Source: Syntrophales bacterium
GTDB lineage: Bacteria > Desulfobacterota > Syntrophia > Syntrophales > CG2-30-49-12
Direction of reading: 5' to 3'
Assembly: GCA_030018935.1 (NCBI GenBank)
Contig: JASEGZ010000006.1
Coordinates: forward strand, 2,579-66,578
DNA: 64,000 bases
Shown here piece by piece: positions 21,231 to 30,605 of the stretch (within the stretch, counting starts at the first letter, position 1; the number at the start of each line of letters is the position of its first letter). The position numbers were made by a program, and so were the translations under genes. The notes under the pieces were generated by a model, which did no database searches, was not told the origin of the DNA, and saw only the letters and a list, made by a program, of their open reading frames with translations.

Positions 21231-21810
21231 TAGCCCCGATACTTTTCAGTACTTCCACAACCTCGCAGAGGGGAAGACCCATAACGTTCGTATAGGAACC
21301 ATGGATCTCCCTAATAAAAAGAGCACTCATCCCCTGGACGGCATATCCCCCTGCCTTGTCGTACGGTTCATCCGATCTTACGTACCACGCCAGTTCGTCC
21401 TCCGGGATTTCCTTAAAAATTACCAGAGATTCGACAACATTCCTGATGAGAACGTCTATTGTTTTCCTTTCGATAGTAAAACCGGTAAAGACCCTGTGCT
21501 CCTGTCCGGAGAGCTTGCCCAGCATCTCTTTTGCCTCAGCAGTTGTCCTGGGTTTGCCCAATATTTCACCATGGATGATGACAATGGTATCTGCTCCCAG
21601 TACCCAGGCGTCGGGATGTCGGCTGGCAATGACCCGTACCTTGTCCTCTGATAGCCTTAAAACATGTTCCCCCGGGGTTTCGCCCTTCAGGTATGTCTCA
21701 TTTACACAACCTGGTATGACCTCAAAGTGTAATCCCGTAAGTTTCAAAAGCTCAATTCTACGGGGGGAGGCAGAGGCTAAGATGAACCTTCCCGCAGCGA
21801 CGATCCCCAT
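21217..21810 (-). CDS. maf: Maf-family nucleoside-triphosphate pyrophosphatase
   Basis: ILASASPRRIELL, GADTIV, DKAGGYAVQG. Confidence 0.9.
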   Translation of the reverse strand: MGIVAAGRFILASASPRRIELLKLTGLHFEVIPGCVNETYLKGETPGEHVLRLSEDKVRVIASRHPDAWVLGADTIVIIHGEILGKPRTTAEAKEMLGKLSGQEHRVFTGFTIERKTIDVLIRNVVESLVIFKEIPEDELAWYVRSDEPYDKAGGYAVQGMSALFIREIHGSYTNVMGLPLCEVVEVLKSIGAIEFS

Positions 21811-21825
21811 TCCCCTACCCCTCTT

Positions 21826-22125
21826 TTATTTTTTATCCATTTTGATCTTCATCATCACGATAAAGGCAGTTAATATGAAGCCAATGGCATTTCCGATGAT
21901 GATCGGGAAGGCCCTGATTAAAAGGCCGTAAATGAACCATAGAAAAATAGCGGAGGACAGAATGACAAACGTCATGAGAGACAGGTCTTTTGTGTTTTTT
22001 GTTTTATAAATCTTTACCACCTGTGGCACCATAGAAATGGTTGATAAAAGGGCTGCCAACAATCCAACCATGTTGATAAAGAGGTCCATGTATCTACGCC
22101 TCCAGTGCAGGTAAGGGACACTCAT
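21826..22125 (-). CDS. SemiSWEET / PQ-loop small sugar transporter
   Basis: 99 aa with three predicted TM helices and the PQ motif (VPQVVKIYKTKNTKDLS). Confidence 0.7.
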   Translation of the reverse strand: MSVPYLHWRRRYMDLFINMVGLLAALLSTISMVPQVVKIYKTKNTKDLSLMTFVILSSAIFLWFIYGLLIRAFPIIIGNAIGFILTAFIVMMKIKMDKK

Positions 22126-22131
22126 CCTGTA

Positions 22132-23619
22132 TTACAGATATTCTCTCATGTTTTTTGCCTCGATGGTTTTCACCACCGTCTTGACGTTCTGTGAAGAGCC
22201 TCTTTTACAGATCAGGAGGGAATCTTCCGTCTCTATTACCAGCAGGTCTTCCACCCCCACCAGGACAACCAGTTTTTGGGGGCTATAGATGAGGGAATTT
22301 CTGGTATCCACGCCGATAAAATTTTCCCGTCTCCATATCACATTTCCCCTTTCGTCTTTGTCCGCTATCTCCCAAAGGGCATCCCAACTCCCCAGATCGT
22401 TCCATCTGAACTCCCCCTTGAGGAGGAGGACATCGTTGGCCTTTTCCATGACACCATAATCAATGGAAATAGGGACGATCTCTCGGTACACCTGTTCGGT
22501 AATATCACCCTCCCTGTCTGTCCCCACGGCACTTTCTATATGGAGAAGACCTCGGTAGAGATCGGGAAGCCATTGTTTAATGGCCTCAAGAATTGTGGAG
22601 ACCTTCCAGATAAACATACCACTATTCCAGAAGAAACCACCATCCTCAAGAAAAGTCTTTGCCAATTCAAAAGAGGGTTTTTCCCTGACAGACCTGACCT
22701 CATAAATATCTTCTCCTCCTATGGTGGCTTTCAAATCACCCTGTTCGATGTAGCCATAACCGGTTTCCGGCCCGGTTGGTTTGATGCCGATGGTGAGGAG
22801 ATAATCTCCCTGCTGTGCCATCTTGGCAGCAACGACTAAGGTGTGAAGGAAACGTTCTTCATCGGCAATCAGGTGATCTGACGGCAGAACTACCATGACG
22901 TCTTCCCCGGCCTTTTTTTTGATATGCAGCGCTGCGAGACCGATACAGGGGGCGGTATTTCTGCCCACTGGTTCAACAATAATGTTTTCTCTTGGAATTT
23001 CGGGCAATTGTCTCATCAGTTCATCGGCATGGCTTCGACCTGTGACGATCAGGATGTTCTCCACCGGAACGAGAGGTCTTATCCTGTCCACTGTTTCTTG
23101 AATGATGGTCTTTTCACTGATGATGTCTAATAGATGTTTTGGCTTCGACTCCCTGCTTCTCGGCCAGAACCGTGTGCCCTTGCCACCGGCCATGATCACT
23201 GCATACATTAGGGGTAATCTTTCCTCCTGCTGATTGGATTTTTCGGAAAGGAACTTTAAATTTTTAAGACTGCTTTTTGAAAGAATCGTTCTCGGCGCCG
23301 TCCGTAATGCCGAAGTCTTTCCCTTCAGCATCAGGATGGCATTTTGCCTGACCCTTTCCCTGTCTTCAGGATGGATGAGGCTTAGGGCCTCCCTGCCCAA
23401 TAATTCTTCCTCGCTGAAACCACTATATTCTTTAAACTTTTGGTTCACGAACTTAAATCTACCATTCTGGACTACATAGATGCCGATCGGGGAGTTGATC
23501 ATCAGAATCTTATGCAGCTCCTCATCCTCAATGAGCGTCTCCTTAAAATTTTTTTCTAACAGCCCTGTCTGTTCTTTCAGTTCTTGGGAAAGTGGTTTAT
23601 CAAACTGACTGTCGGTCAT
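22132..23619 (-). CDS. manC: mannose-1-phosphate guanylyltransferase with an in-frame N-terminal partial-PAS extension
   Basis: From residue 138 (ATG at 23208): MYAVIMAGGKGTRFWPRSRESKPKHLL and the rest of the NTP-transferase/ManC fold. Residues 38-100 resemble the first half of a PAS domain (NSPIGIYVV..GRFKFVNQKFKEYSGFSEEELLGREALSLIHPEDRERV). Confidence 0.85.
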   Translation of the reverse strand: MTDSQFDKPLSQELKEQTGLLEKNFKETLIEDEELHKILMINSPIGIYVVQNGRFKFVNQKFKEYSGFSEEELLGREALSLIHPEDRERVRQNAILMLKGKTSALRTAPRTILSKSSLKNLKFLSEKSNQQEERLPLMYAVIMAGGKGTRFWPRSRESKPKHLLDIISEKTIIQETVDRIRPLVPVENILIVTGRSHADELMRQLPEIPRENIIVEPVGRNTAPCIGLAALHIKKKAGEDVMVVLPSDHLIADEERFLHTLVVAAKMAQQGDYLLTIGIKPTGPETGYGYIEQGDLKATIGGEDIYEVRSVREKPSFELAKTFLEDGGFFWNSGMFIWKVSTILEAIKQWLPDLYRGLLHIESAVGTDREGDITEQVYREIVPISIDYGVMEKANDVLLLKGEFRWNDLGSWDALWEIADKDERGNVIWRRENFIGVDTRNSLIYSPQKLVVLVGVEDLLVIETEDSLLICKRGSSQNVKTVVKTIEAKNMREYL

Positions 23620-24044
23620 AAGGTATCTCCCCTATCTTTCTTAATTTTCCAGAGGTTACGGCCAATCCTTTCGTGGATGAGCTGGGAGGCAAGGTTGTTT
23701 CCCCCGACACCAACCCGTATGGATACCAATGTTGTCTCTCTGGAGACGTATTCAATGGAGATGACAACCTTCTCATCCTCGACAGTCGCCGTTATCTTGC
23801 CCGTAGCGATCTTCCGGTTCGTCTCCACTCCAGAAGCCTTCATGTCGGCGAGGGTTTTTTCACAGGCCTTCCAGATATCCTCGAAGGGAAGGTTATACTC
23901 CATCGTTAAGAGCCCGTCTGTGTAAATGAACTGTCCCGAACTGATCCCGACGGTTCTGCCACCCACCACGAAGGCAGTATCGCAGCCCGCAATCAGCAGG
24001 ATGCTGATAAAAATCATTGCTATTTGCTGAACACTCTTCGACAT
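23616..24044 (-). CDS. small lipoprotein of unknown function
   Basis: Lipobox LLIAGC after a hydrophobic leader; 142 aa. Confidence 0.6.
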   Translation of the reverse strand: MSKSVQQIAMIFISILLIAGCDTAFVVGGRTVGISSGQFIYTDGLLTMEYNLPFEDIWKACEKTLADMKASGVETNRKIATGKITATVEDEKVVISIEYVSRETTLVSIRVGVGGNNLASQLIHERIGRNLWKIKKDRGDTL

Positions 24045-24062
24045 AATGCTCCTCTCCTTTTT

Positions 24063-24171
24063 GTAAGCGTTCAGCGGTCAGGAAGAAGCTGAATGCTTAT
24101 AGATAGTAAACATCTGACGGGGTAAGCCTTTGTCTTTACTGAAAGCTGACGGCTGATAGCTGAACGCTTAC
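24063..24171. repeat. long hairpin built from 7-nt-periodic arms (CTGAnnG type)
   Basis: gtaagcgttcagc (24063-24075) pairs with gctgaacgcttac (24159-24171). Arm interior: ctgaaag ctgacgg ctgatag ctgaacg. Confidence 0.65.
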
Positions 24172-24202
24172 TCTTTTTTACAATTGCAGGGAATACCCTG
24201 AT

Positions 24203-24227
24203 GTAGCCGCAGGCTTTAGCCTGCGCC
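24203..24227. repeat. GTAG-REP hairpin, copy 2
   Basis: gtagccgcaggctttagcctgcgcc, identical to the reverse complement of 8250-8274 and of 54254-54278. Confidence 0.8.
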
Positions 24228-24294
24228 TTAACACCGATGAATGCGTATTTTGTCAATAATCTTAGGGTAAGTTGGACTATCTGTCAATGCGATT

Positions 24295-25173
24295 TTAAGA
24301 TAAAGGGGAGAGGAGAAAATGGTAGTATATTGCGGCAATGATAGCCCAGAGTAAAATGGCGACCGTTAAAAGAATGCACCCTATGGCCAGCATTTGGTGA
24401 ATGATTGTTTCTCCCTTCTTTTCACGATAGCCCATCAAGAAACCGAGCAGAATACCGGAGACAAGACCTCCCCCATGTGCCCAGTTATTGATTCCCGCAA
24501 CCAGCAGGCCAAAGATAACAAGTCCTACAACCCACCCCATAGCCTGCCTGTAAATGGCATGTCCGTACAAACCTCCCCTGCTTTTCCCATAATAGAGAAT
24601 GGCGCCGATGAGGCCGCAGATACTACCGGATGCCCCGATGGTGAAAGGGATCTGAACCAGGCAGGATATAAAGAATCCAACTATGCCGGTGGCTATATAG
24701 ATGATCACAAAACGATAAAACCCGAATTCACGTAATACAAACGGCCCTAATTGTCCCAGGGCGGCCATGTTAAAAAAGATATGGAGGATGCCACCGTGGA
24801 GAAAGGAAGCCGCAACAAGGGTCCACCAGCGATTAAATCCGGCTATGGGTATGGTTCCCGTTGCCCCCAGGAGGAAAAGACTCCTGCTCCCGGGGGATAA
24901 AAAAGTCAGCGGATTTGCCGACAGACCAACAGCAGAAGAACTTAAGAGAAGGGAAAGGATGTAGAAGGAGATATTGGTATAAATAATGGCCCTCACAATA
25001 TCAACTGATCCTCTTTTGCCTGAAGAACCGCTGAAGAAATGGATTATTCTTCGCAAGCCAGGCCTGGATAGGCCACAGTAAGGACAGACAGGTTCATCTG
25101 TGCTGATCAGCTTCCGGCAATTCGGACAGAGTATGGGGGGTTTTTTAGTACGGGACATACAAATACCCCTCAT
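24295..25173 (-). CDS. rhomboid-family intramembrane serine protease with an N-terminal zinc ribbon
   Basis: CPNCRKLISTDEPVCPYCG; catalytic GASGSICGLIGA; downstream AHGGGLVSG; multiple TM helices. Confidence 0.85.
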   Translation of the reverse strand: MRGICMSRTKKPPILCPNCRKLISTDEPVCPYCGLSRPGLRRIIHFFSGSSGKRGSVDIVRAIIYTNISFYILSLLLSSSAVGLSANPLTFLSPGSRSLFLLGATGTIPIAGFNRWWTLVAASFLHGGILHIFFNMAALGQLGPFVLREFGFYRFVIIYIATGIVGFFISCLVQIPFTIGASGSICGLIGAILYYGKSRGGLYGHAIYRQAMGWVVGLVIFGLLVAGINNWAHGGGLVSGILLGFLMGYREKKGETIIHQMLAIGCILLTVAILLWAIIAAIYYHFLLSPLS

Positions 25174-27242
25174 GCATCTACGACAATTTTAGAGAAATCG
25201 GCGATTCTGTGGAACAGCATGAATATCTCTCTGAGGAGGGAAAGCCGGTTATACCTTGTCTTTTCGTCCTCTGTCATGACCAATACAGAATCAAAAAAAT
25301 CGTCCACCGGTTTTCTCAGGCATGCCAGTTCAATCAGCGCGGGACGATAATCGTCGCTGTTAGTATAGGTGAGTACCCTTTCCTTTCTTTTCAGGAAGGC
25401 ATCGTAGAGATTCTTCTCTTCATCCATCTCAAACAGGGCAGGGTCTACGGAACCTTCTTTAAAATCTCCGATAATGTTACCCACCCGCTTGAAGGCAATC
25501 ACCAGTGGTTCAAAATCTGCGTGAGACTTGAATGTTTTCAGGGCTTCAATTTTTTTTACAGACCTGACTATGTCTGATACACCCGAGGTGAGGACGGCAT
25601 CAACGACATCGTAGGGGTACCCCTGGGAGAGGAGCCGGTTTTCCAATCTTCCCTTAAAAAACTCCAGGACATCGGCCTTTGTCTCTGAGGGTCTTTTTAG
25701 TTTACCGCCGAGAAGCGAGAGGCTTTCACTGACCATCTCTTCCAGCAGGAAGGAGTAACGCTTATGGAGAATAATGTTAATAATACCGAGGGCCTGACGT
25801 CGTAAGGCGTATGGGTCCGTATCTCCCGTGGGGATCAGGTTTACACCGAAGAACCCCACGATGGTGTCCATCTTGTCTGCCATGCTGACGATGGCGCCCT
25901 CATCCGTTTCCGGCAGGTCGGAACCGGCTGCCACGGGGAGGTAATGCTCATAGATCGCCTTTGCCACCACAGGATTTTCACCGGCAAGCAGGGCATATTC
26001 CCGGCCCATGACCCCCTGAAGCTCTGCAAATTCACCGACCATCTGGGTGTCTAAATCGGCCTTGGCAAGGACAGCCACGCGGTCCACCGTTTCCTTAAGG
26101 GCAGGATTTATCTGCTCTGCCATATAGGCGGCAAGTTTTCGGAAACGCTGTACCTTGTCATAAGAGGTGCCGAGGAGGGTGTGAAATACAACGTACTGCA
26201 AATTCTCGACGCGACGCGCAAGGGAAATCTTCTGGTCTTCATCGAAGAAGAACTTTGCATCGGCCAGCCTGGCACGGATAACCTTTTCGTTTCCCCTGCT
26301 AACAACTGTTGGATCGCGGGCCAGGGTATTGTTAATGACGATAAAATGGGGCATCAGTTCACCCTTCTCATCTACAAGAGGGATGTACTTTTGATGGGAG
26401 ATCATGGAGGTGATGAGAACCTCCTGGGGGAGTTTCAGGTATTCCCGGTCAAAGCTACCGCTGACAACTGTCGGATATTCAACGAGAAAGGTCACTGTCT
26501 CGAGAAGTTCGTCGTTAAGGAGGGCCCGCCCGGAAAGAGACCTTGCAATCTTTTCCGCCTCTTCGATGATGGTCCTCTTTCGTTCCTGATGGTTTACAAT
26601 CACAAAGTTTTCTCTTGTTTTTGTCAGGTATTCATCCATGTTCCCCACGGCAAAATAAGCGGGGCTCATGAAGCGATGGCCGCAGGTCCTGTTGCCGCTT
26701 TCTATATTTCCGATTTTAAACGGCACCGTCCGGCCGCCGTAAAGGGCAAGTATCCAGTGAATCGGCCGGGCAAAGCGAAGTTCCAGATTCAACCAGCGCA
26801 TCGTTTTTTTAAAGGGGAGGGAGGTGATGAATTCCGATAAGATATGGGGCAAGAGGGTTTTTGTCTCCTCACCGGGGATTTCCTTCCGTGAAGAGATGTA
26901 TTCACCTTTTTCCGTGGTAACCATCTTTAGCTCCGAAATGGTAACTCCCTGATTCTTTGCAAAACCGATGGCGGCCTGCGAGGGGTTTCCCCGGTCATCG
27001 AAAGAAACACCCCTGACCGGTCCGAGTTTGACGACAATCTGGTCTTCCTGCTTTTCCGAAATATCGGCAACATAGAGGCAAAGCCTCCGCGGTGTGGCCA
27101 TGGTGACGACCTTGCCGTGTCGGAGCCGTTGGGAGAGAAGCTCTTTCCGGATCATTTCATCCATATCTCTCATCGCCTTAGGTAAAAAGGCGGCGGGGAT
27201 TTCTTCCGTTCCTATCTCAAGTATCAAGTCCTTGGCCATCAA
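25170..27242 (-). CDS. glyS: glycine--tRNA ligase beta subunit
   Basis: 690 aa with N-terminus LILEIGTEEIPA. It follows glyQ directly. Confidence 0.95.
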   Translation of the reverse strand: MMAKDLILEIGTEEIPAAFLPKAMRDMDEMIRKELLSQRLRHGKVVTMATPRRLCLYVADISEKQEDQIVVKLGPVRGVSFDDRGNPSQAAIGFAKNQGVTISELKMVTTEKGEYISSRKEIPGEETKTLLPHILSEFITSLPFKKTMRWLNLELRFARPIHWILALYGGRTVPFKIGNIESGNRTCGHRFMSPAYFAVGNMDEYLTKTRENFVIVNHQERKRTIIEEAEKIARSLSGRALLNDELLETVTFLVEYPTVVSGSFDREYLKLPQEVLITSMISHQKYIPLVDEKGELMPHFIVINNTLARDPTVVSRGNEKVIRARLADAKFFFDEDQKISLARRVENLQYVVFHTLLGTSYDKVQRFRKLAAYMAEQINPALKETVDRVAVLAKADLDTQMVGEFAELQGVMGREYALLAGENPVVAKAIYEHYLPVAAGSDLPETDEGAIVSMADKMDTIVGFFGVNLIPTGDTDPYALRRQALGIINIILHKRYSFLLEEMVSESLSLLGGKLKRPSETKADVLEFFKGRLENRLLSQGYPYDVVDAVLTSGVSDIVRSVKKIEALKTFKSHADFEPLVIAFKRVGNIIGDFKEGSVDPALFEMDEEKNLYDAFLKRKERVLTYTNSDDYRPALIELACLRKPVDDFFDSVLVMTEDEKTRYNRLSLLREIFMLFHRIADFSKIVVDA

Positions 27243-27260
27243 AGGTCTCCAGGTTGAAGA

Positions 27261-28151
27261 TCATGATTTTGCGCCCCCTAAGATTTTTTCTCTCAAGGGG
27301 TATCCCATTTCCTCCCGCTGCCTGAGATAACCTTCCGCACAAATCCTGGCCAGATTTCTCACCCTCCCGATATAGCTCGTGCGCTCGGCGACACTGATCG
27401 CCCCCCGCGCATCGAGAAGGTTAAAGGTATGGGAACACTTGAGGCAATAATCATAGGCGGGCAGGATAAGGCCCTTTTCGGCTGTTCTCAGGGATTCTTT
27501 TTCATACATCCCAAAGAGATCCCGCAGCATTTCAATATCCGCTGTTGCAAAATTATAGGTGGAAAATTCCACCTCACTCCGGTGGTGGACATCCCCGTAT
27601 CTGATATTATCATTCCATTTCAGGTCGAATACATTATCTATTTCCTGGATATACATGGCTATACGCTCAATACCGTATGTCAGTTCAACACACACGGGAT
27701 TGAGATCGAATCCACCGACCTGCTGGAAGTATGTGAACTGCGTTATCTCCATCCCATCGAGCCATACCTCCCAGCCCAGACCCCAGGCGCCCAGTGTCGG
27801 TGATTCCCAGTCGTCTTCCACAAAACGGATGTCGTGATCAAGGGGGTCTATGCCGAAGCTCTTCAGGGAGTCGAGGTAAAGATCCTGAATGTCCGGGGGT
27901 GAGGGCTTCATGATCACCTGATACTGGTAGTAGTGCTGCAACCTGTTCGGGTTTTCGCCATACCTGCCGTCTGTGGGTCTCCGGGATGGCTCAACGTAAG
28001 CCACATTCCATGGTTCCGGTCCCAGAACCCTGAGGAACGTTGCCGGATTGAAGGTGCCCGCTCCTACCTCAATATCGTAGGGCTGCTGGATGATACATCC
28101 CTGGCTGGCCCAGTATTTTTCGAGGGCAAAGATCAATTCCTGAAAGGTCAA
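27261..28151 (-). CDS. glyQ: glycine--tRNA ligase alpha subunit
   Basis: [65 protein letters not shown]. Confidence 0.97.
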   Translation of the reverse strand: MTFQELIFALEKYWASQGCIIQQPYDIEVGAGTFNPATFLRVLGPEPWNVAYVEPSRRPTDGRYGENPNRLQHYYQYQVIMKPSPPDIQDLYLDSLKSFGIDPLDHDIRFVEDDWESPTLGAWGLGWEVWLDGMEITQFTYFQQVGGFDLNPVCVELTYGIERIAMYIQEIDNVFDLKWNDNIRYGDVHHRSEVEFSTYNFATADIEMLRDLFGMYEKESLRTAEKGLILPAYDYCLKCSHTFNLLDARGAISVAERTSYIGRVRNLARICAEGYLRQREEMGYPLREKILGGAKS

Positions 28152-28542
28152 CTTAAGCCTCCGGTAAAAATTGAATTTTGCATGGAAGAGATAATTTTTA
28201 ATTTTTCCTAAGTCTTTTTGCTGTTGACATCTGTTCCTGTCCCCTGTTAAAATAATTGCGTTTTATTGATAACAGGAGTGGGGCAAATTTACCAGAAAAA
28301 TCATTCAATCTAATAAGTGGTTTATCAGGGCATATCGGCCTGATAAACAAGGGTTCCTCGATAGTAGGAGCGCATTTGCATAAATTTCCGCCCATATTCA
28401 GGATAACAACTATATGGAGTCCAATAAAATAGTTGACATTAGAACCGTAGACATATGCCGATTGCCCTCGGCACATGTGGGGTAGTTGCCTGGATCATAT
28501 GTCAACAAATTTTCTGGTTTGTATATATTCATGAGATAGTTT

Positions 28543-29427
28543 ATGCCGTTATTTAAAGTCCTTTCAGATCTGATACTAGAAAAGATTGAACGCCAGGAGT
28601 TTGACAATGAAGAAGAACTTCATCGTTTGATCGAGAAGAATCTCATGTATGTGATGGGTATTAGAATAATTGCTACCGAATACCCAATTCCAAATGGGAG
28701 AATTGATACTCTGGGCCTTGATGAGGATGAAATTCCAGTTATCATCGAATATAAGTGGAAAAAAGATTTGAGTGCCATTGTCCAAGGTCTATTTTACTTG
28801 GATTGGGTGATGCAAAATAAAAGACCCTTCGAGTCTATTGTAAAAGACAAACTGGGAAAAGACGTAAATGTGAACTGGTCAACTCAGCCACGTTTGCTTA
28901 TCATTGCTCAAGTTTTTGACATCAAGGAATTGGCTGCTATAAACCAGATGGGACCAAGTGTAGAACTTATCAAATATTCCTTGTATGAAGGCTTATTCAA
29001 TATTGAGAATGTGAATATCATCAAAAGTAAATCTGTTCCCAAAGCAACTTTAGAAGAAACTGAAGTTGAAAAATATACAGTTGAAGCATTAATGAAGAAA
29101 GCTAGTCCAGAGATTCGCGAGTTATTCTCGACATTAAGGGACAGGATTCTCGGAATATCAGAGGCTGTATGGGAAAAGGTGGGTGCATTCTATTGTGATT
29201 ATCGTACCATCTCAACTTTCACTAGCGTTCAAGTTCAAAAACAAAAGTTAAAAATCCTGATTAAGATGGGGAATAAAAAGGCTAATGACCCTCAGAATAT
29301 ATGCAAAGCAGTTCCATCTACTTATGGGTATGGTCTTCTCAATACCCAATTTGAGCTATCGAAAAAGGAAGAATTTGACTACGCCATGATACTGATAATG
29401 CAGGCTTATAATTACATTTCAGAGTGA
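28543..29427 (+). CDS. PD-(D/E)xK nuclease-like protein (NucS/DUF91-type core) with an uncharacterised C-terminal domain
   Basis: The pattern ...EYPIPNGRIDTLGLDEDEIPVIIEYKWKKD gives D...E-x-K nuclease-core spacing. From memory only, the C-terminal half resembles DUF5655-type domains. GC is markedly lower than in the flanks. Confidence 0.5.
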   Translation: MPLFKVLSDLILEKIERQEFDNEEELHRLIEKNLMYVMGIRIIATEYPIPNGRIDTLGLDEDEIPVIIEYKWKKDLSAIVQGLFYLDWVMQNKRPFESIVKDKLGKDVNVNWSTQPRLLIIAQVFDIKELAAINQMGPSVELIKYSLYEGLFNIENVNIIKSKSVPKATLEETEVEKYTVEALMKKASPEIRELFSTLRDRILGISEAVWEKVGAFYCDYRTISTFTSVQVQKQKLKILIKMGNKKANDPQNICKAVPSTYGYGLLNTQFELSKKEEFDYAMILIMQAYNYISE

Positions 29428-29469
29428 GATTAAATCTGTCTAAAAGCCGCCTAACCTATAAGGATTGAT

Positions 29470-29490
29470 ACGACCTGCAAGGTCGTTTTC
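29470..29490 (+). terminator. stem-loop plus short T-tract after the nuclease-like gene
   Basis: acgacct-gca-aggtcgt followed by tttc. Confidence 0.4.
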
Positions 29491-29576
29491 AATCCATTGT
29501 TCAACCACCGGCTCAAGCCGACCGTGAAAAGCACGGCGGGTTAGCTGGCAACACAAAATCACATGGGAGGTAAAAG

Positions 29577-30605
29577 GTGATCGAGAGGAAACGCCCGAGC
29601 CATGAAGCCATGGCGGAGGAGTTAGAAGTTCGGGAACCATCGGGAGAGTACGCCCGCAACAAGGACATTCCGACTTTCTTTGGCCAGCCGTTGGTCAAGG
29701 GTTCTTTTACTCAAATCGATGCCGCTCAAATGGCCCCAGATATTCCAACTTTGTTCTACAGACATCCGAACGGGGAAATTTGGATCGGAGACGCTGTTGC
29801 CTGGCTTCGCTCTCTGAAAAGTGAGTCGGTTGACCTGATCTTTGCTGACCCACCTTACAACATCAAGAAGGCAGAGTGGGATAGTTTCGAGTCACAAGAA
29901 GAGTACGTTAAGTGGTCGTTGCAGTGGATAGAACAAGCAGCACGCGCCTTGAAGCCAACCGGCACGCTCTACGTCTGTGGGTTCTCCGAAATCCTGGCCG
30001 ATATGAAACTTCCTGCGTCACGCTTCTTTAAAGGATGCAAGTGGCTGGTTTGGCACTACAAGAACAAAGCCAACCTTGGTTCTGATTGGGGACGTTCACA
30101 TGAAAGCATTCTCCACTTCAGAAAGAGCCAACAGTTCACTTTCAATGTGGACGATGTGCGGCTTCCCTACGGCAATCACACATTGAAATACCCCGAACAT
30201 CCGCAGGCTGAGACCAGCCAATACGGGAAAGGCCACAGCGGTAAGGACAGGCTTTGGCGGCCACATCCTAAAGGGGCCAAGCCCAGAGATGTGATTGAAA
30301 TCCCCACGACGTGCAACGGAATGCACGAAAAGACGCCTCATCCTACTCAGAAGCCTGAAGAGCTCTTGAGAAGGATCGTCCTGGCATCATCAAACGAGGA
30401 CGATTCGGTGATCGACCCGTTCCTCGGGTCGGGAACGACTACTGTCGTGGCTGAGCAACTTGGTCGAAAGTGGAAAGGGTGCGACATCTCCCTTGAATAC
30501 TGTCAATGGGCTGCCCGAAGAATTGAACTCGTGGAGGATTGGCCGGTTGAGAAATGGATCCAATACGACCTTGAGAACGCCGAACGAAGGAAGTCCATTC
30601 GATGA
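29577..30605 (+). CDS. beta-class N6-adenine/N4-cytosine DNA methyltransferase
   Basis: Motif IV DLIFADPPYN precedes motif I VIDPFLGSGTT, which is the beta-class order. The 3' end overlaps the next ORF (ATGA). Confidence 0.9.
   Translation: MIERKRPSHEAMAEELEVREPSGEYARNKDIPTFFGQPLVKGSFTQIDAAQMAPDIPTLFYRHPNGEIWIGDAVAWLRSLKSESVDLIFADPPYNIKKAEWDSFESQEEYVKWSLQWIEQAARALKPTGTLYVCGFSEILADMKLPASRFFKGCKWLVWHYKNKANLGSDWGRSHESILHFRKSQQFTFNVDDVRLPYGNHTLKYPEHPQAETSQYGKGHSGKDRLWRPHPKGAKPRDVIEIPTTCNGMHEKTPHPTQKPEELLRRIVLASSNEDDSVIDPFLGSGTTTVVAEQLGRKWKGCDISLEYCQWAARRIELVEDWPVEKWIQYDLENAERRKSIR

Noticed and set aside
26181-26840. 219-aa plus-strand ORF inside glyS
   Set aside because: It is antisense to a strongly supported glyS and has no recognisable domain. 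It is a typical shadow ORF.
28152-28542. T-box or other leader RNA upstream of glyQS, and the 92-aa ORF 28198..28476
   Set aside because: I could not find a specifier-loop or T-box (AGGGUGGNACCGCG-like) sequence by eye. The ORF is Cys/Ile/Asn-rich, has no RBS and lies in AT-rich spacer DNA. There is insufficient evidence for either.
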